A program made the position numbers and the translations under genes. A DNA stretch of 63,964 bases, filler included, from Reclinomonas americana ATCC 50394 (taxonomy: Eukaryota), in assembly GCA_048213135.1 (NCBI GenBank). It is 17 parts of 17 records of this genome, joined end to end, with 100 filler letters (N's around TTAATTAATTAA, not from the genome) between each part and the next. Parts side by side here need not be neighbours in the genome. Positions count along the whole stretch, not along the records: positions 22,799 to 28,666 come from AFZH01023914.1; positions 28,767 to 35,351 come from AFZH01023915.1; positions 35,452 to 43,133 come from AFZH01023916.1; 14 more parts are not named here. One strand, written 5' to 3'. Of this stretch, positions 22,799 through 35,882 are shown piece by piece. The notes beneath the pieces are model-generated. The model did no database searches, was not told the DNA's origin, and worked only from the letters and a program-made list of their open reading frames with translations. Within the stretch, counting starts at the first letter, position 1. Every line of letters starts with the position of its first letter.

Positions 22799-25700
22799 TG
22801 AGCAAACAAGCAGTTAGTCGTGACGATTCGTGATTTGTGAATGCGCGACGACTCACATCCGGAGAACTTCGTGCACTCTCACGAGCCGTGCCCATGACCG
22901 CAAGAGTTCGGGGCGACAATTTCGGCTGCACGATAGATCGCGCTGTCAACGCTACTGCATGTTTCAGAGCGTGGACTTGGTGCTCGTCATCTGCAAGGTT
23001 CGAGATGTGTTGATGAGTGCGTCCATCTAAACGGTCGACGAACACACAAAAGCCATACCAGACGAAGTATCCGAGGCTACTTCGACAGAATCGATGCTGA
23101 CTTCCACGTGCCACAGCTTCACAACGCGCGAAAGAAGCAATCCGTACACCTTCTCTACGACAATTGCGACAACCCACGCCAGCACCATGATCGGAGGCAT
23201 CATGCGGTCTGCAAACATGTTGAACGATGCTCGAGCCACCAGCTGGACACCATACGAACAAAGAATCACACCACTTGCAAGCGCTGCTGAAGTCAGATAC
23301 CACTGTAGAGTGAGAGTGTGTGTGAGAAAGAGAGAATAAATGTGAGACGAGATGAATTATCCATCGCAGCAAGGTAACCGTCGCCGCTGAAGACGTACCT
23401 GTGACGAGAAGCACAAATGATCGAGCTGCCGAAGCTCAGGCTCAACACGATAGTCAAGTTCGTCGTCGTCGGCACGCCAGCTTGTTGTCCTGGTCGCAAA
23501 GAGGTCCATCTTCAAGCGCAGGTATTCCACCAATGGGTACCGGTAGAGGGTCTCCACCAGATTTAGCACGTTGCATTGCTGCAGTACAGCAGCAAGCCAC
23601 GCAAACACTCCAAACAGGTGGAACCAGATCCAGTCCCCATCCTTGATGAGCAGGTAGTCTTCAACCCGCAGTTGAACGCGGAACAACCACAGCAATGCCT
23701 AAGAAAAAAAAAAAAAAGACACCCATGAGCACATTGTACGCCAAGGAAGAAGCAACGAGCAAGAAGAGATTTGTGATGCGCACCAGAGTTGGTGGAATCA
23801 AGAGCGCGCTGATATTTCGACAGCATATTTTTGAAACCACCTCCGTTGCCTGGCTGATCACCTCGATACGGATGAGGTCTGTTGGACGCGGAGTGAACTT
23901 GTCTCCACGGACATGTCGTCTCCATGCCCACACCATGAGCAATTTGTAGTACGGCCAGTGCCATGCAATCCGACAGATAAGTGGATCGAAAAGCAACCTA
24001 TTGAACAGATCGCCGAGCTCCAGAATGAGCAGGCCCACGATACTTCGCGTGAAACTTCCAGCACCTGCATCGAGAAAATAAAGGTGAGAAGACTCAAGGC
24101 AATAATCATCGATTCATCAACCTGCGCTCTCACCGAGAAGTAGCGCAAACTGGATAACCTGAGCACTGGCGATCAACGGCGTAACATACACGTCTTCTCG
24201 GAGCATCCACCGCAAAATCTTGGCCAGGACAGCTTCGAACAACTTGATCAGAACCACCGTGACGTAGAAGGAGCCAGAGAAGCTGGGAGCATTCGAGAAT
24301 TCGACCAGAAGCAAGAAGACGAACGAGAATGCCACGCAGACAAGCAGCACAAAGCCACGTTTCCACCGCAAAAAGTCAAAAGCATCGTCATCTGCCCCGT
24401 CTTCACCGCTGTCGGATTGCTGGCTGTCAGAGGTTTCCAGTCGCGGGCGACCGACACCAGTAATGGCCCGGTACATAAAGTAGACGCCGAAAGTGAAGAG
24501 CGCGGTACCGAGTCGACCAGTGGACCACCGAGCCAGTCTGAGACAATTAAAAGTGAGTCAAGCAGAGAGAAACAAAAACGACAACACAACGACAACAAAA
24601 ATATCTAGCACGGAACTCAGTCTGCAAGGCGACCAAGTCAGTGGGCGGAACAAAATCGTATACCGCCATGTGCCAAACGAGGAATTGCCAGCGCTGCATG
24701 ACCTGGTAACACAACGCCACAGCTGACGCCGCTCCGAAAATGGCGAGAGAAACGCCAACAAAGTACGACGGTACAACAGTCCGCAAGTACCGATTGAAAC
24801 GATAGCCGAATGCCGATGCTCGTCGCAGTAGCGAACATACAAACCAGATCAACAAGGTAGAGCCGAACACAAATGCAACCACAATGGACAGCAGCGCCAA
24901 GTACACATATGGCGTCTGAGTAAACGTGTCCAGAACGTCAAAATACTGCAGCGGTAACAACTTGATCTGCACAATGTAATCACGAACACCAGTGTTCGTG
25001 TCGTAGTCCTCGAATCTTACAGAGGCACGCATAATGTTCTTCTCAGTCGCAGTCACTTGCGCGTACTCGAAAGAAAACACCACACGTCGCGGCACAAGTC
25101 CGGTCGGCTGTGTATCCACTCGCACAGGCGTCAACAAGTGCTTGGTACCGACGGCGAAATATTCGTCACCGTCGTTCTCCAGCCCAACTGACTCAACAGC
25201 AACGGCAGAGCGAGTAGTATTCGTGGATGAGCCTGCCGTGGAGTTACCCACAAAGTAGACTACCGGGCGCTGACTGACGTAAAATAGGACGTCGCCCACT
25301 TTGCTCCGGAACCAGTTGGCCGCACCGCCGCGCTCCGCCAGCGAAGTCTCCTCAAAACTGACATTTGTATGAGAGAGCACACAAGTCTCCGCCAAATGTT
25401 GCAAGAGGGGTCCACGGTGACACAGCAACAGTACTGGCTGGATCCCGAAGAACGCATCCGGGACCCTCAAAGGCGTCGGTCAGCATCAGGAACGAATCCG
25501 GGCCTCGACACGCCGACACATACGGCAAGAACGGCGACGCATAGGCTTGTCGGTTGCTCCAGAAATCAGAAGATGAAGTCTGGTTCGCACTCGCAACGTC
25601 GCGAACAAACGGGTCGTGAGTGTTCGCACGGTACGCAAGTACGGCAGCACTACCGGCATGCAAATTTTGCGGCAGATTCAGCGAATTAGAATACAGCACC

Positions 25701-28666
25701 GAATAGAACACAGCGCTAGTGCCATATTTCGCTCGACGAGGGTTGGCAACAGAGACATCCATCGTGTTGGCTACTTGTTCTAGATAAACTGAGTCCAAGT
25801 ACCGACCGTGAACAAAATCGATGCAAACATGCACGTAAACATTATCCCTGCGCAAAAAGGCACACACAAACGACTAGATTAGAACACTGCTGATTCTAAT
25901 AGCCTACAAGCTGGAAGTAAAAATAAACGCAACTCAATGGCGTGCACATTCAACGCCACAGTGGTGTTCTTGGGAACAGAGGTGTCGTTAAACCAGGCCG
26001 GCAATGCAGTCCGCGCGTAACCTTCCGGAACTTCGACAAGATCGACACCCGAATACACCGAGAGCACGAACTGATCGTAGTAGTGTACAAGCGTGAGGTC
26101 TGACCAGTTGAAGCGCATCGTCGCCACCGAATTCGCAGACAGGTGGAACATGGAACAATTCTGAGCAACATCAACGACCGTCGCAGATGCGTCCCTCGTG
26201 AGAACAAGAGCAGATGGCGCGACACGAGACAGCCGGTTGTCATTCTCACGCAAAACTTCCCAGTCTTTCCCACATTGCTCAAAGTACTGCGCTCCCTCTA
26301 CAGTGGTCGTACCAAATGGACATCTCGTGTGCGGGTGGCTGGAGTTCGTGCCTGCCGGGCAGTAGTACCCTTCGGGGCACAAAAAGAAGTCCTGGATGCT
26401 CTCACGAGTGCCAGCAGCGCAGTAGAAACCTGGCTTGCATAACTGCCCGTACTGGGTAGCAGGCGTTGTGCCCTGACCGCATACGTAACCAGCAGGACAC
26501 AACGTGGCAAACTGCGTCAGCGATGAGGTCCCGGGACCGCACACGAAACCCTCTTGGCACGCAGACTGCCCAACGTAGTCGAGCAGGCCTTCGTCCTTAC
26601 ACACAATCCCTGAGGGGCACGGCGTACAGTCGGTTGGAGAGCCGAGCGGGGGATCTTCGGCGCTTGACATCGGAGCGTATGTACCACTTGGACAACTTCG
26701 ACAAGTAATCAACGTTTCGTTGAGCTCTCGATATGTTCCAGGTGGACAACGCACAGGCACAACTGTTCCTGCTGTCGGACAGAAGTATCCTGGAGGGCAC
26801 GGATCGCACACGGCAACGCCAGTCGAGTTACTATAAGTACCCGGCGGGCACGGACGCGGAGCATCGTTACGCACACCAGGGCAATAGTGCCCAGGTGGGG
26901 ACGGAATCGGATCCGTCATGTTGGCTAAACAGTAGAATCCTGGAGGGCACGGTCCAGATCCTCCAACCTTATCAGCACCGGTGTCACAATATGTACCAGC
27001 TCGACACACTTGTGGAGCGAGACTGTCAGTGGGATCGACAAATGGAGTGGCGACACCACGAAGACAGTAAGTTCTGGGTGGACAAGGAATTGGATACTGG
27101 TAACTGCCACTGGTGGGATACGACGCCGCAACAGGTGCCGACATAGAACTCGTCACACCAGCAAGACAGTAATGTCCTTCTAAACAGCGTTTCACCGGAA
27201 GAGCTAACCCAGGCGCATCACAAATAAAGCCAACTGGACATATTTGTGGAGCAGTCATACCATTCGCTGGACAAATCTGCCCCGCAAGACAGGGCTGACA
27301 CTCAACTTGACCAGGCGCGTTGTTGAATGTACCGGGAAGGCACAAAGTGTACACCCGATTACCATATCCAGGGCAGAAAGCACCAGGAGGACAGGTCACA
27401 AAGTTGGTCCCGTTGACGCCCGGACAATAAGCACCAGGAGAACACAAGCCTTGACCTTGCGGAGTGGCCGCCCCTGAAGTGCAGTTGAAGCCAGAGGCGC
27501 AAGGAATAGGATAACTAAAGTTATTGGGCCCAGCACTCGCCAGTGAAACGTTCGTGGTGACACCAAAAACACAGTAGTGGGATTCAGGACACGGAAGCGG
27601 TCGATGAGGTTCGGCATAAGCAGTCGTCGAAGAGGTCTTTGTGCCAGCCAAACAGTAGGAGCCTGGAGGACACTGATTGCCTGCTGTGTACAGACCGAGT
27701 TCCTCGCACACTTTTCCAGCTGGACAGCTACTCGGAGCTGTCATACCCCAGTCAGGACAGAAGAATCCAGGAGCGCAAGCAACACAGGAAGCGGAGCCAG
27801 ATGAATTCTGGTAGAACCCAGGCGGACACTTGCGAGGTACCGGCATTCCGTACGACGGACACCTTGAACCCGCAGGGCACGGTCTTTCGATTTGCGTACC
27901 ACAGTAGCTTCCAGGTGGACAAAGCTTCAGCTGCACAGCCGTTTCGTTGTGAGAATAGTACCGGCTGTTGACAGACACTTCGAGGTCAATCTGCGCTCCA
28001 TCAATGGCAATATCCAACGACGGCGATACACACTCTATCAGCTGGGATGACCGAGTAATGCCGCTGACAACGTGCGTTCCAAAGCGGCAATATGACGAGA
28101 CAGAAGTGGTAAATCCGGCACCGTTAACAGACACCGTCAAGCCGCCCTGGGTCGGTAACGTCGGATGGGAAACACTCTGGACACTGGGCTCACTGACAAC
28201 CGTAAATGTGACTGCGTTGCTGTAATGGAACCCATTCAGCGAGACAACAATGTCGAAGTCACCAACAGCAAGCGCTGGAGTCGTGCAACGAAGTTCAGCA
28301 GAACTAACAAACGTCGCAGGAACAACAACCAGTCCCACAAGGCATCGCAAGTACGGAGTATTAAAGAAACCAGACCCAACCACCGTAACCTCCGTACCAC
28401 CGCTGGCGCCAACAACAGTAGGAGACACAGATGTTAGCACTACATCGTCCACGTACCGGAAACCGTACCGTGAAATATGATGCTGTTGGTCATTGTTGGT
28501 GACAGCAACACCATAGAAGAGATTGTCTTCTGCTGGAACAGTGCACTCGCCAACCCGCCGGCCGATAATGCCCATGGTGACCACACCATTCACAAACGGC
28601 CCAAATCGACAACGCAGCTGCTCAACAACATGGTACCCAGACGACCAAACGCGGACACTATAGCCG
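22799..28666 (-). CDS. IPT/TIG + GCC2/GCC3 Cys-rich repeat multi-pass membrane protein, paralog B (spliced, 5' partial)
   Basis: Two or more IPT domains and a CPxGxYC array (ORF 25879-28593); SPFLPYVSACRG exon; TM exons; LDYRVEPELRQLDHLCFSSQ homologous to paralog A. Confidence 0.85.
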
Positions 28667-28766
28667 NNNNNNNNNNNNNNNNNNNNNNNNNNNNNNNNNN
28701 NNNNNNNNNNTTAATTAATTAANNNNNNNNNNNNNNNNNNNNNNNNNNNNNNNNNNNNNNNNNNNN

Positions 28767-29240
28767 GAGGGGAGGAAGAGGGAAAGGCGGTGATGAGGGG
28801 AAGGAGGGAAAGAGGAAAGAGGGAAAGAGAGGGATAGAGGGAAAGAGGGAAATGGGGAAGAGAGAAGAGGAAAGGAGGGAGAGAGGGAAGAGGAAAAGAG
28901 GGAGAGAGGGAAGAGAGGAAGAGAGGGAGATTGGGCGAGAGGGAAAGAGGGAAAGAGAGGGAAAGAGAGAAAGAGGAAAAGAGGGAAAGAGGAGAGCCAG
29001 AGAGGACGGCGAGAAACGTTGGAAGGAATAAATATGGCAAGTGCGGGAAAGAAAGAAAGAGGGCAGGGGAGGAGGGAAGAGAAAGAGGGCAAGAGAGAGA
29101 CACAGAGTGTGAAGACAGAGAGATAAGTGGGGAAGGGGGCGGGAGACGGAAGAGAGGGAGAGAGAGGAGCGAGAGAAGATGGAACGAGAGAAGACGGAAA
29201 GAATGAAGAGGAAATCAGGGAAGAGGGAAAGAGAAAGTGA
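28767..29240. repeat. Polypurine (G/A) low-complexity intronic tract
   Basis: Almost pure G/A on the + strand; similar tract at 29520-29870. Confidence 0.8.
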
Positions 29241-29249
29241 GAGAGTACA

Positions 29250-30640
29250 TTTTCTCGACATCGAACCTGCAAGTGACGGTACCGCTCGTCATTGGCGAGA
29301 CACCGCTGCTCCAGGACCAACTTGTCTGCCTCCAGAGCGTCCACGGCAGACCGTGTGCTCTGCACGGAAGAGGTTACAATCTCTGCTGCAAGACGACAAA
29401 AGCAGCAGCGTTCAGCATCCAACGCAACGCGACGTTCGTTTGTCAGTTGTGATTCCAGTGCCTGGCAGCGATCGCGAGTGGCCTCCAGTTCGTCGCGCTG
29501 TGAGTGGGGTCAGTGGCGAGGGAAGGAGAGAAAGGGGAAAGAGAAGAGGGAGGAGAGAGGGAAGAGAGAGGGAAGAGAAGGGGGATGAAAAGGGGGAAGA
29601 GCAAGGGCGAAGAGACGGGGGGAAGGTGAAGGGAGAAGACCACGAAGGAAGAGAAGGGGGAAGACAAAGGGGGAAGCGCAAGGGGGAAGAGCAAGGGGAA
29701 AGAGCAAGGGAAAGAGCAACGGAAAGAGAGGGGAGAAGAGCAACGGGGAAGAGCAAGGGGAAGGAGCAAGGGGAAGGAGCAAGGGAAAGAACAAGGTGAA
29801 AGAGCAAGGGGGGAGAGCAAGGGGCAAGAACAAGGGGGAGAGCAATGAGGAGGGGCGAAGGGACAGAGAGGAAGCAAGGCGCACGAAGAACTCAAGAGCA
29901 GGCAAACGCAACAAGGCGGATAACGGTGGCATCCGAGTGTGAGTCGTCGTGGCCGGCCTCTGCCAAGCCATGTGACCAAGTCAGCAACACGAAGGGTGAA
30001 AAAAACAACGCAGAGAGAGAGAGAGAGAGGAGTGAGTGAGAATGCACGTGTTTTGTGAATCTATGTATGTGTGTGCGAGTGTGTGTGCGAGCGCGTGTGT
30101 GAGAGAGACAACTCGATGACAAAATGCATGCATGCGAGTGTCACAATCACACAACAACGTGCATGTGTGACATAGTGAGAGTACATAAGAGAGAGACAAG
30201 CACTCAAAGACAACACGAGAGAGAGAATGAAAGTACTTATTTGTTCTCTCTTTCTCTCAAGATGCAGAGAGGAAAGAAGGCAAGAGACAGAGACAACAGA
30301 GATAAGAGCGAGAGAGAGAGAGAGCGAAGAAGAAGAAGACGAAGAAGACGAAGAACAGAACATGCAAGAGAGAGACAAGCACTCAAAGACAACACGAGCG
30401 AGAAAGAGAGAATGAAAGTACTTGCTTGTTCTCTCTTTCTCTCAACATGCAGAGAGAAGGTAAGAGAGAGAGAGAGAGAACGTGCGACAGAGACAAGCAC
30501 TCAGACGCACACGCGTGACTCACAAAAGAGAAAAACATGCATGTACTTGTTTGTTTCTTCTTCTCTCTATCTCTCTCTCACACACACTCTCTCTCGCTCA
30601 CCATCAATGCGACGTCGCTTCTCGCCAGCCGAAGGAAGCC
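29250..30640 (-). CDS. Unknown coiled-coil protein, scattered exons
   Basis: Exon RDELEATRDRCQALESQLTNERRVALDAERCCFCRLAAE..LEADKLVLEQR between pyrimidine-rich introns. Confidence 0.4.
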
Positions 30641-30711
30641 TTTCACTCTCCATCCACTCTCCTCCTAAACACAGTTTTCATCGATCCACCATTCATTTTC
30701 CATCCCTCTCT

Positions 30712-33048
30712 CTACATCGCCATCACCTCCCTCTCAAAGTGCCGGTGCCGCGCCACCGCCTCCATAAAAGCCTCCACCCACGCGTCGACCTCCGCGGCCT
30801 CGCCCAGCAGCAGACCCGGATCACTCACGTCCTCCTCCACCACCCCAATGCCGGCCTCGACGAGCAGGCGCCGCGAGGAGCCGAGCACCAGCAGCGTCTT
30901 GCAGTGCCGATACTGGTCTTGTACAAATTCTACCGCTTGTCCGCTCGACATGAGTGCGTCGACACCGGCGCCGCCGTCCGGCAGCACGCACGCGTCAAAG
31001 AGCACCGCCGGTGAGTTCTCCAGGGTGGCGGCCGCCTTGAGAGGTGAGGAGAGGCTGTCGGTGGTGCGTACGGTGCCGAGACGAGGTGCGACGATCACGG
31101 GAATGGCGCCCATGGTCAGCAGCGCCTCGTACAGGCGCACCACGGGCCTGCCGATGACTCCGTGCGCGACCAGCAGCGCAATGCGGCGAGTGCGAATGCC
31201 CACGGCTGCGGAGCTCGGTCGGTGCGCCATCAGCGACAGTGCCGGCGATGCCTCCACTTCCGGCCGCCTCGGCGCCACCACCGAGGCCGGCGGCAGCGGC
31301 GCAGGGTACTCCTCGAGGTCGAGGTCTGCGGCCAGTTGTGCGGCGAGCGACTCTGACACGTTGCGCAGCAGGGCCACCACGCGGGCGCGCACTGCCGCGA
31401 CCGTGACCTTGCTCAGCTCGAAGCGGAACGCCGCCGCAATGTGCGCCTGCTCCACCGCCGTCTGGCTGTCGTAAAAGAGGCGCGCCTGCGTGTAGTGGTC
31501 GGCAAACTTCTCCGGCTTGCCGCGCAGCTTGCGCGTGTCGTCGCTGCCACTGGCCGCATCGAGCGTGCGCGGGTACGTCATAAAGCCGGGACCGCCGCGA
31601 CTGCCGCCGGCCTGGAACGGGCAGCCGCCGGCCAGTGAGTTCGGCTCGTAGGCCACGCGCCCGCGGTTGAGGGTCTGGCGGTGGAAGCCGTCGCGGTTGT
31701 TGTTGTGCACTTGCGCCAGCGGTCGGTTGATGGGAATCTCGTGAAAGTTGGGGCCGCCGAGACGCGTCAGCTGTGTGTCGGTGTAGGAGAAGAGGCGACC
31801 GGTCAGCAGCGGGTCCTCGGTAAAGTCGAGACCGGGAATGATGTGGGCGGCACAAAAGGCCACCTGTTCGGTCTCGCCGAAAAAGGAGTCGGGGTTGCGG
31901 TTGAGCACGAGGCGGCCGACCGGGTGCACCGGCACCAGCTCCTCCGGCACCACCTTGGTGGCGTCGAGCACGTCAAAGCTGAAGGCGGCGGCCTGCTCCT
32001 CGGTGAACAGCTGCACGCCGAGTTCATACTCTGGAAACTCGCCAGCCTCAATGGCCTCCCACAAATCGCGCCGATGAAAGTCAGGATCGGCGCCGGCAAT
32101 CTTCAGTGCCTCGTTCCACACCAGCGAGTGCGTGCCGAGTTTCGGCGTCCAGTGGAACTTGACCAGCGTCGCCTCACCCTGCGCATTGACCAGGCGGAAG
32201 GTGTGCACGCCAAAGCCCTGCATCATGCGGTAGCTGCGCGGGATGGCCCGATCCGACATGATCCACATGAGCATGTGGGCCGACTCGGGACTCAGCGACA
32301 CAAAGTCCCAAAACGTGTCGTGCGCCGTCTGCGCCTGTGGCATGGCGTGATGCTGCTCCGGTTTGGCGGCGTGGATGACGTCGGGGAATTTGATGGCGTC
32401 CTGGATGAAGAAGACGGGAATGTTGTTGCCGACCAGATCCCACACGCCGTCCTCGGTGTAGAACTTGGTGGCGAAGCCGCGCACGTCGCGCACCGTGTCC
32501 GCCGAGCCACGCTCGCCAATCGCCGTCGAGAAGCGCACAAACACGGGCGTACGCTTGCCCTTGGCCACAAACGGGACGGCACGGGTGTAGCGCACCATCG
32601 AGTCGTCGTAGCACTCGAAAAAGCCATGCGCCGCCGAGCCACGCGCATGCACCACGCGCTCCGGAATGCGCTCATGATCAAAGTGCGTCAGCTTCTCGCG
32701 CACGATGAAATCCTCCAGTAGTCCCGGGCCACGCAGGCCGGCGGTGAGGGTGTTTTGATTGTCGGCCACCGGCACGCCCTGGTTGGTGGTGATGAAGCGG
32801 TTGGTGGGGTCCGCCCGCACGCTGTCCAGCGGTGCAATGGTGGCGGCGTTGAGACCGGGAGTGGCGGCACCGCGCGGACCCGTCTTGTCGGTCACCGACA
32901 CGGCCTCGGTGAGGGTGCTGGCGGTGGCGGTGCTGTCGCCGGTGGCGTGGGGGCCGACTTGGGGGGTGAGTGCGTCGTCGAGGCCGGCGTCGTGTTGTTT
33001 GAGCGGGTTGTGTGGGATGGAAGAGGCGAGGGCGTTGGTGGAGGCCAT
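30712..33048 (-). CDS. katE: Large-subunit (clade 2, HPII-type) catalase with C-terminal DJ-1-like domain, intronless
   Basis: [20 protein letters not shown] (catalytic His), [15 protein letters not shown] (proximal Tyr), C-terminal [20 protein letters not shown]; 778 aa from ATG 33048. Confidence 0.95.
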   Translation of the reverse strand: MASTNALASSIPHNPLKQHDAGLDDALTPQVGPHATGDSTATASTLTEAVSVTDKTGPRGAATPGLNAATIAPLDSVRADPTNRFITTNQGVPVADNQNTLTAGLRGPGLLEDFIVREKLTHFDHERIPERVVHARGSAAHGFFECYDDSMVRYTRAVPFVAKGKRTPVFVRFSTAIGERGSADTVRDVRGFATKFYTEDGVWDLVGNNIPVFFIQDAIKFPDVIHAAKPEQHHAMPQAQTAHDTFWDFVSLSPESAHMLMWIMSDRAIPRSYRMMQGFGVHTFRLVNAQGEATLVKFHWTPKLGTHSLVWNEALKIAGADPDFHRRDLWEAIEAGEFPEYELGVQLFTEEQAAAFSFDVLDATKVVPEELVPVHPVGRLVLNRNPDSFFGETEQVAFCAAHIIPGLDFTEDPLLTGRLFSYTDTQLTRLGGPNFHEIPINRPLAQVHNNNRDGFHRQTLNRGRVAYEPNSLAGGCPFQAGGSRGGPGFMTYPRTLDAASGSDDTRKLRGKPEKFADHYTQARLFYDSQTAVEQAHIAAAFRFELSKVTVAAVRARVVALLRNVSESLAAQLAADLDLEEYPAPLPPASVVAPRRPEVEASPALSLMAHRPSSAAVGIRTRRIALLVAHGVIGRPVVRLYEALLTMGAIPVIVAPRLGTVRTTDSLSSPLKAAATLENSPAVLFDACVLPDGGAGVDALMSSGQAVEFVQDQYRHCKTLLVLGSSRRLLVEAGIGVVEEDVSDPGLLLGEAAEVDAWVEAFMEAVARHRHFEREVMAM

Positions 33049-34127
33049 TTGGGAGCGCAGGGATGAGGGGAGGGGGGTGGCTGAAAGGGAAAGGGAGGGG
33101 TGAAAGGGGGAAAGGGGGAAGGGTGAGGGAAAAAAGAGGAAAAAAATAATGGTGTGCAAGGAAGGAGGGCCAGACAGGAATCTGTGGAGAGCGTGGCTTG
33201 ACACCACCTATGAAAGGAGATGATGCAACAACTGGGTTGGTGCAACAGAGAGGGCAGAGAGACGACAACACAGTGCAGCATTGCAGAGAGACGAGAAAGG
33301 AAAACGTGTCAGATAAACGCCGTGTATGAGGACGAGCGAATAATAGTGTGATCAAGTGCGAGTGAGGAGTCAACTGGGATGCGGCTGGAATCTGAGGAAG
33401 AAGAGAGAAACGTGACAACAAGAGAAGAAGAGCCTGAGCGAAGGGAGCATAATATGAAGAAGCGCGTGGAAGACGAGTGAATTGCAGCAAAGACGGAGTG
33501 CGTCGTGATGAGAACAAGCTGAGTGGTCGACAAGTTTCTGCAACACAGGCCGAGAGCGCGAGAGAGGCACAATGCCGACACCGGAAACAACAACAGCAGA
33601 CGAAGGACGGAGTGCAAGCAGGAAAATTCTCCACAAGTGAAAAAGAGTGAAAACAAGAGCAAGGAGACAACAAAAGAAGAGAGAGAGAGAGAGAGAAGAA
33701 AAAAAAAGGGACAGAGGGAGACTGAGATCCGTCACGCAACTTTTCTGCTCACGTGAAAACATGGTGACGAGGACGGAGGATGATGCTCTCTGCTCCGACA
33801 GTGGAATGCAACTCGGAGGAATCAATCATCGATCATCACATGCAGCGTGTGTGTGTGCTTGAGGATCGTGCAATGGATGGAAGGTAGGCTGTCGAGACGA
33901 CGTATGGGGGAAGGGGAGGAGGAGCGATCAACCATGTTGACAACTCGAGGGATTGTTTGTGCGAGTGGTGGGCATTTGTGTGTGTCAGTGTGCGAGAGGG
34001 GAACGCGCGCAACGCAAGAGAACAGTTCACAGGCGCAGCAACTGCACTCTACTCTTTGCATGCGGGCACGTACGTGGGAGGGACACAGAGCAACGACGGA
34101 AGGACAGACTTCAAAGCACTAAGTCGT

Positions 34128-35180
34128 TTACCACCCCGCCGCCCGCCTTCCAATCACCACCGCCTCCTCCAGCACAAAGCACCGCAGCACAACGTCGACA
34201 AGAACCCAGTCGCGATCATCCTCTTCTTCCTCGCCCAACATCTCGTTGACGGCCAGCACGGCCAGTCGCGCCGCCGCAATCTCATGCCCGGCAAGCCCAC
34301 GCGCCGTGGACCGCACTCGCACGCGCCTGTCACCCCCACCGGCACTCACCAAGTGCTGCCCATCGCGTGTGACGGCAATGGACCACACCTCGCCAGATTG
34401 CTCTTCGAATCGGCACACTTCTTTCCCCGTCGCCAGCCACCACATGCGCACTGCTATCTTGTCGACGTCGCCAACCCCGGTCACCACGCACTCACCGTCG
34501 CTGGTGACGGCGACCGATGGAACCCCCCACGTGTGCCCGTCCACCCGTCGCACTTGCTCGCCACTCGCCAGCGACCACACTCGCACAGTCTTGTCGAAGC
34601 CTCCACTCACCACGTACTGACCGTCGGGGGTCGTGGCGACCGATTGCACCCTCTCGGAGTGCCCCTGCAGTTGTCGTATTTCCTCTCCGCTGGCCAGCGC
34701 CCACACTCGCAGTGTCTTGTCGCGACCGCCGCTGACAGTGTGCTGGCCGTCGGCGGTGACGGCGACACACGACACGCCCCGCGTGTGCCCCTTCAATCGT
34801 CGCATTTCCTCGCCACTCGCCAGCGACCACACTCGCACCGTCTTGTCTCCACTGCCACTAACAATGTGGCGACTGTCGCCGGTGACGGCGACAGCATGCA
34901 CCCAGTCTGTGTGACCCACCAGCAGTCGCACTTCTTCCCCACTTGTCGCCAGTGACCACACGCGCACTGTTGCGTCTTGACCGCCACTGACAATGTGCTG
35001 GCCGTCGGCGGTGACGGCGAGCGATTCAACCCCTCCAGTGTGCCCCTCGAAGCAGCGCACTTGTGCTCCGCTGGCGAGGGACCACACTCGCACCGTCATG
35101 TCCTCGCTCCCACTCACCACGTGTCGGCCGTCGGGAGTGACAGCGACAGAGTTCACTGCGAGCGCGTGACCCTCGAAGGC
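34128..35180 (-). CDS. 7xWD40 protein with conserved ~55-aa C-terminal tail (last exon)
   Basis: Seven GH..VAVTxDG..SG..D.TVRVW repeats, then LAGHEIAAARLAVLAVNEML..DRDWVLVDVVLRCFVLEE..GW*; splice acceptor at 35181. Confidence 0.9.
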   Translation of the reverse strand, partial: AFEGHALAVNSVAVTPDGRHVVSGSEDMTVRVWSLASGAQVRCFEGHTGGVESLAVTADGQHIVSGGQDATVRVWSLATSGEEVRLLVGHTDWVHAVAVTGDSRHIVSGSGDKTVRVWSLASGEEMRRLKGHTRGVSCVAVTADGQHTVSGGRDKTLRVWALASGEEIRQLQGHSERVQSVATTPDGQYVVSGGFDKTVRVWSLASGEQVRRVDGHTWGVPSVAVTSDGECVVTGVGDVDKIAVRMWWLATGKEVCRFEEQSGEVWSIAVTRDGQHLVSAGGGDRRVRVRSTARGLAGHEIAAARLAVLAVNEMLGEEEEDDRDWVLVDVVLRCFVLEEAVVIGRRAAGW

Positions 35181-35458
35181 CTGCGAGGAGGAGGAATGAA
35201 CCACGCCATGCGCAATGAGGAGCAGGCGGGCACACACAGTTGGAGATCTCACGCATCCGAGACACGCACAGAGGGAGGGAGGGAGGGAGGGAGGGAGAGG
35301 GAGAGGGAGAGGGAGAGGGAGAGAGAGGAGGGAGAGAGAGAGGAGGAGGGANNNNNNNNNNNNNNNNNNNNNNNNNNNNNNNNNNNNNNNNNNNNTTAAT
35401 TAATTAANNNNNNNNNNNNNNNNNNNNNNNNNNNNNNNNNNNNNNNNNNNNACGTAGC

Positions 35459-35459
<1 letters not shown>

Positions 35460-35526
<67 letters not shown>

Positions 35527-35541
35527 CTCTCTCTCTCTCTC
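35460..35541. repeat. (CA)n/(CT)n microsatellite
   Basis: Seen directly at the contig edge. Confidence 0.95.
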
Positions 35542-35882
35542 AATCACTCACTCACTCGCTTGCTTGTGTGTGCAAGTAAGAAGCAGGAGAGGCCGTTGGA
35601 CTCGTCGCTTGTATGCATCGCTTACTTCTCTCTGTGCGTTGACCTCGCCCTCTCTCTCACACACACACATACTTGCACACACAAGCAAAGCAAGAGGCCA
35701 TTTGGACTCAATCGCTAGCTTCTGTGTTGATCTCACTCTCTCTCTCTCTCACACACACACATAGGCGACTAACATGCTCCCACGAAACCACACCTTTGTC
35801 GCCATGGCTCTCCTTTGTGGGAGAAGTGATTCATCCGACGGACAAGTACAACTGATCTCATGACGCTTAGTTCTTCACTGCT

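Noticed and set aside
28711..30600. Ser/Leu/Pro- or Arg/Glu-rich ORFs and an ~85-bp direct repeat (30189 and 30369)
   Set aside because: Translations of polypurine intron tracts and a local duplication.
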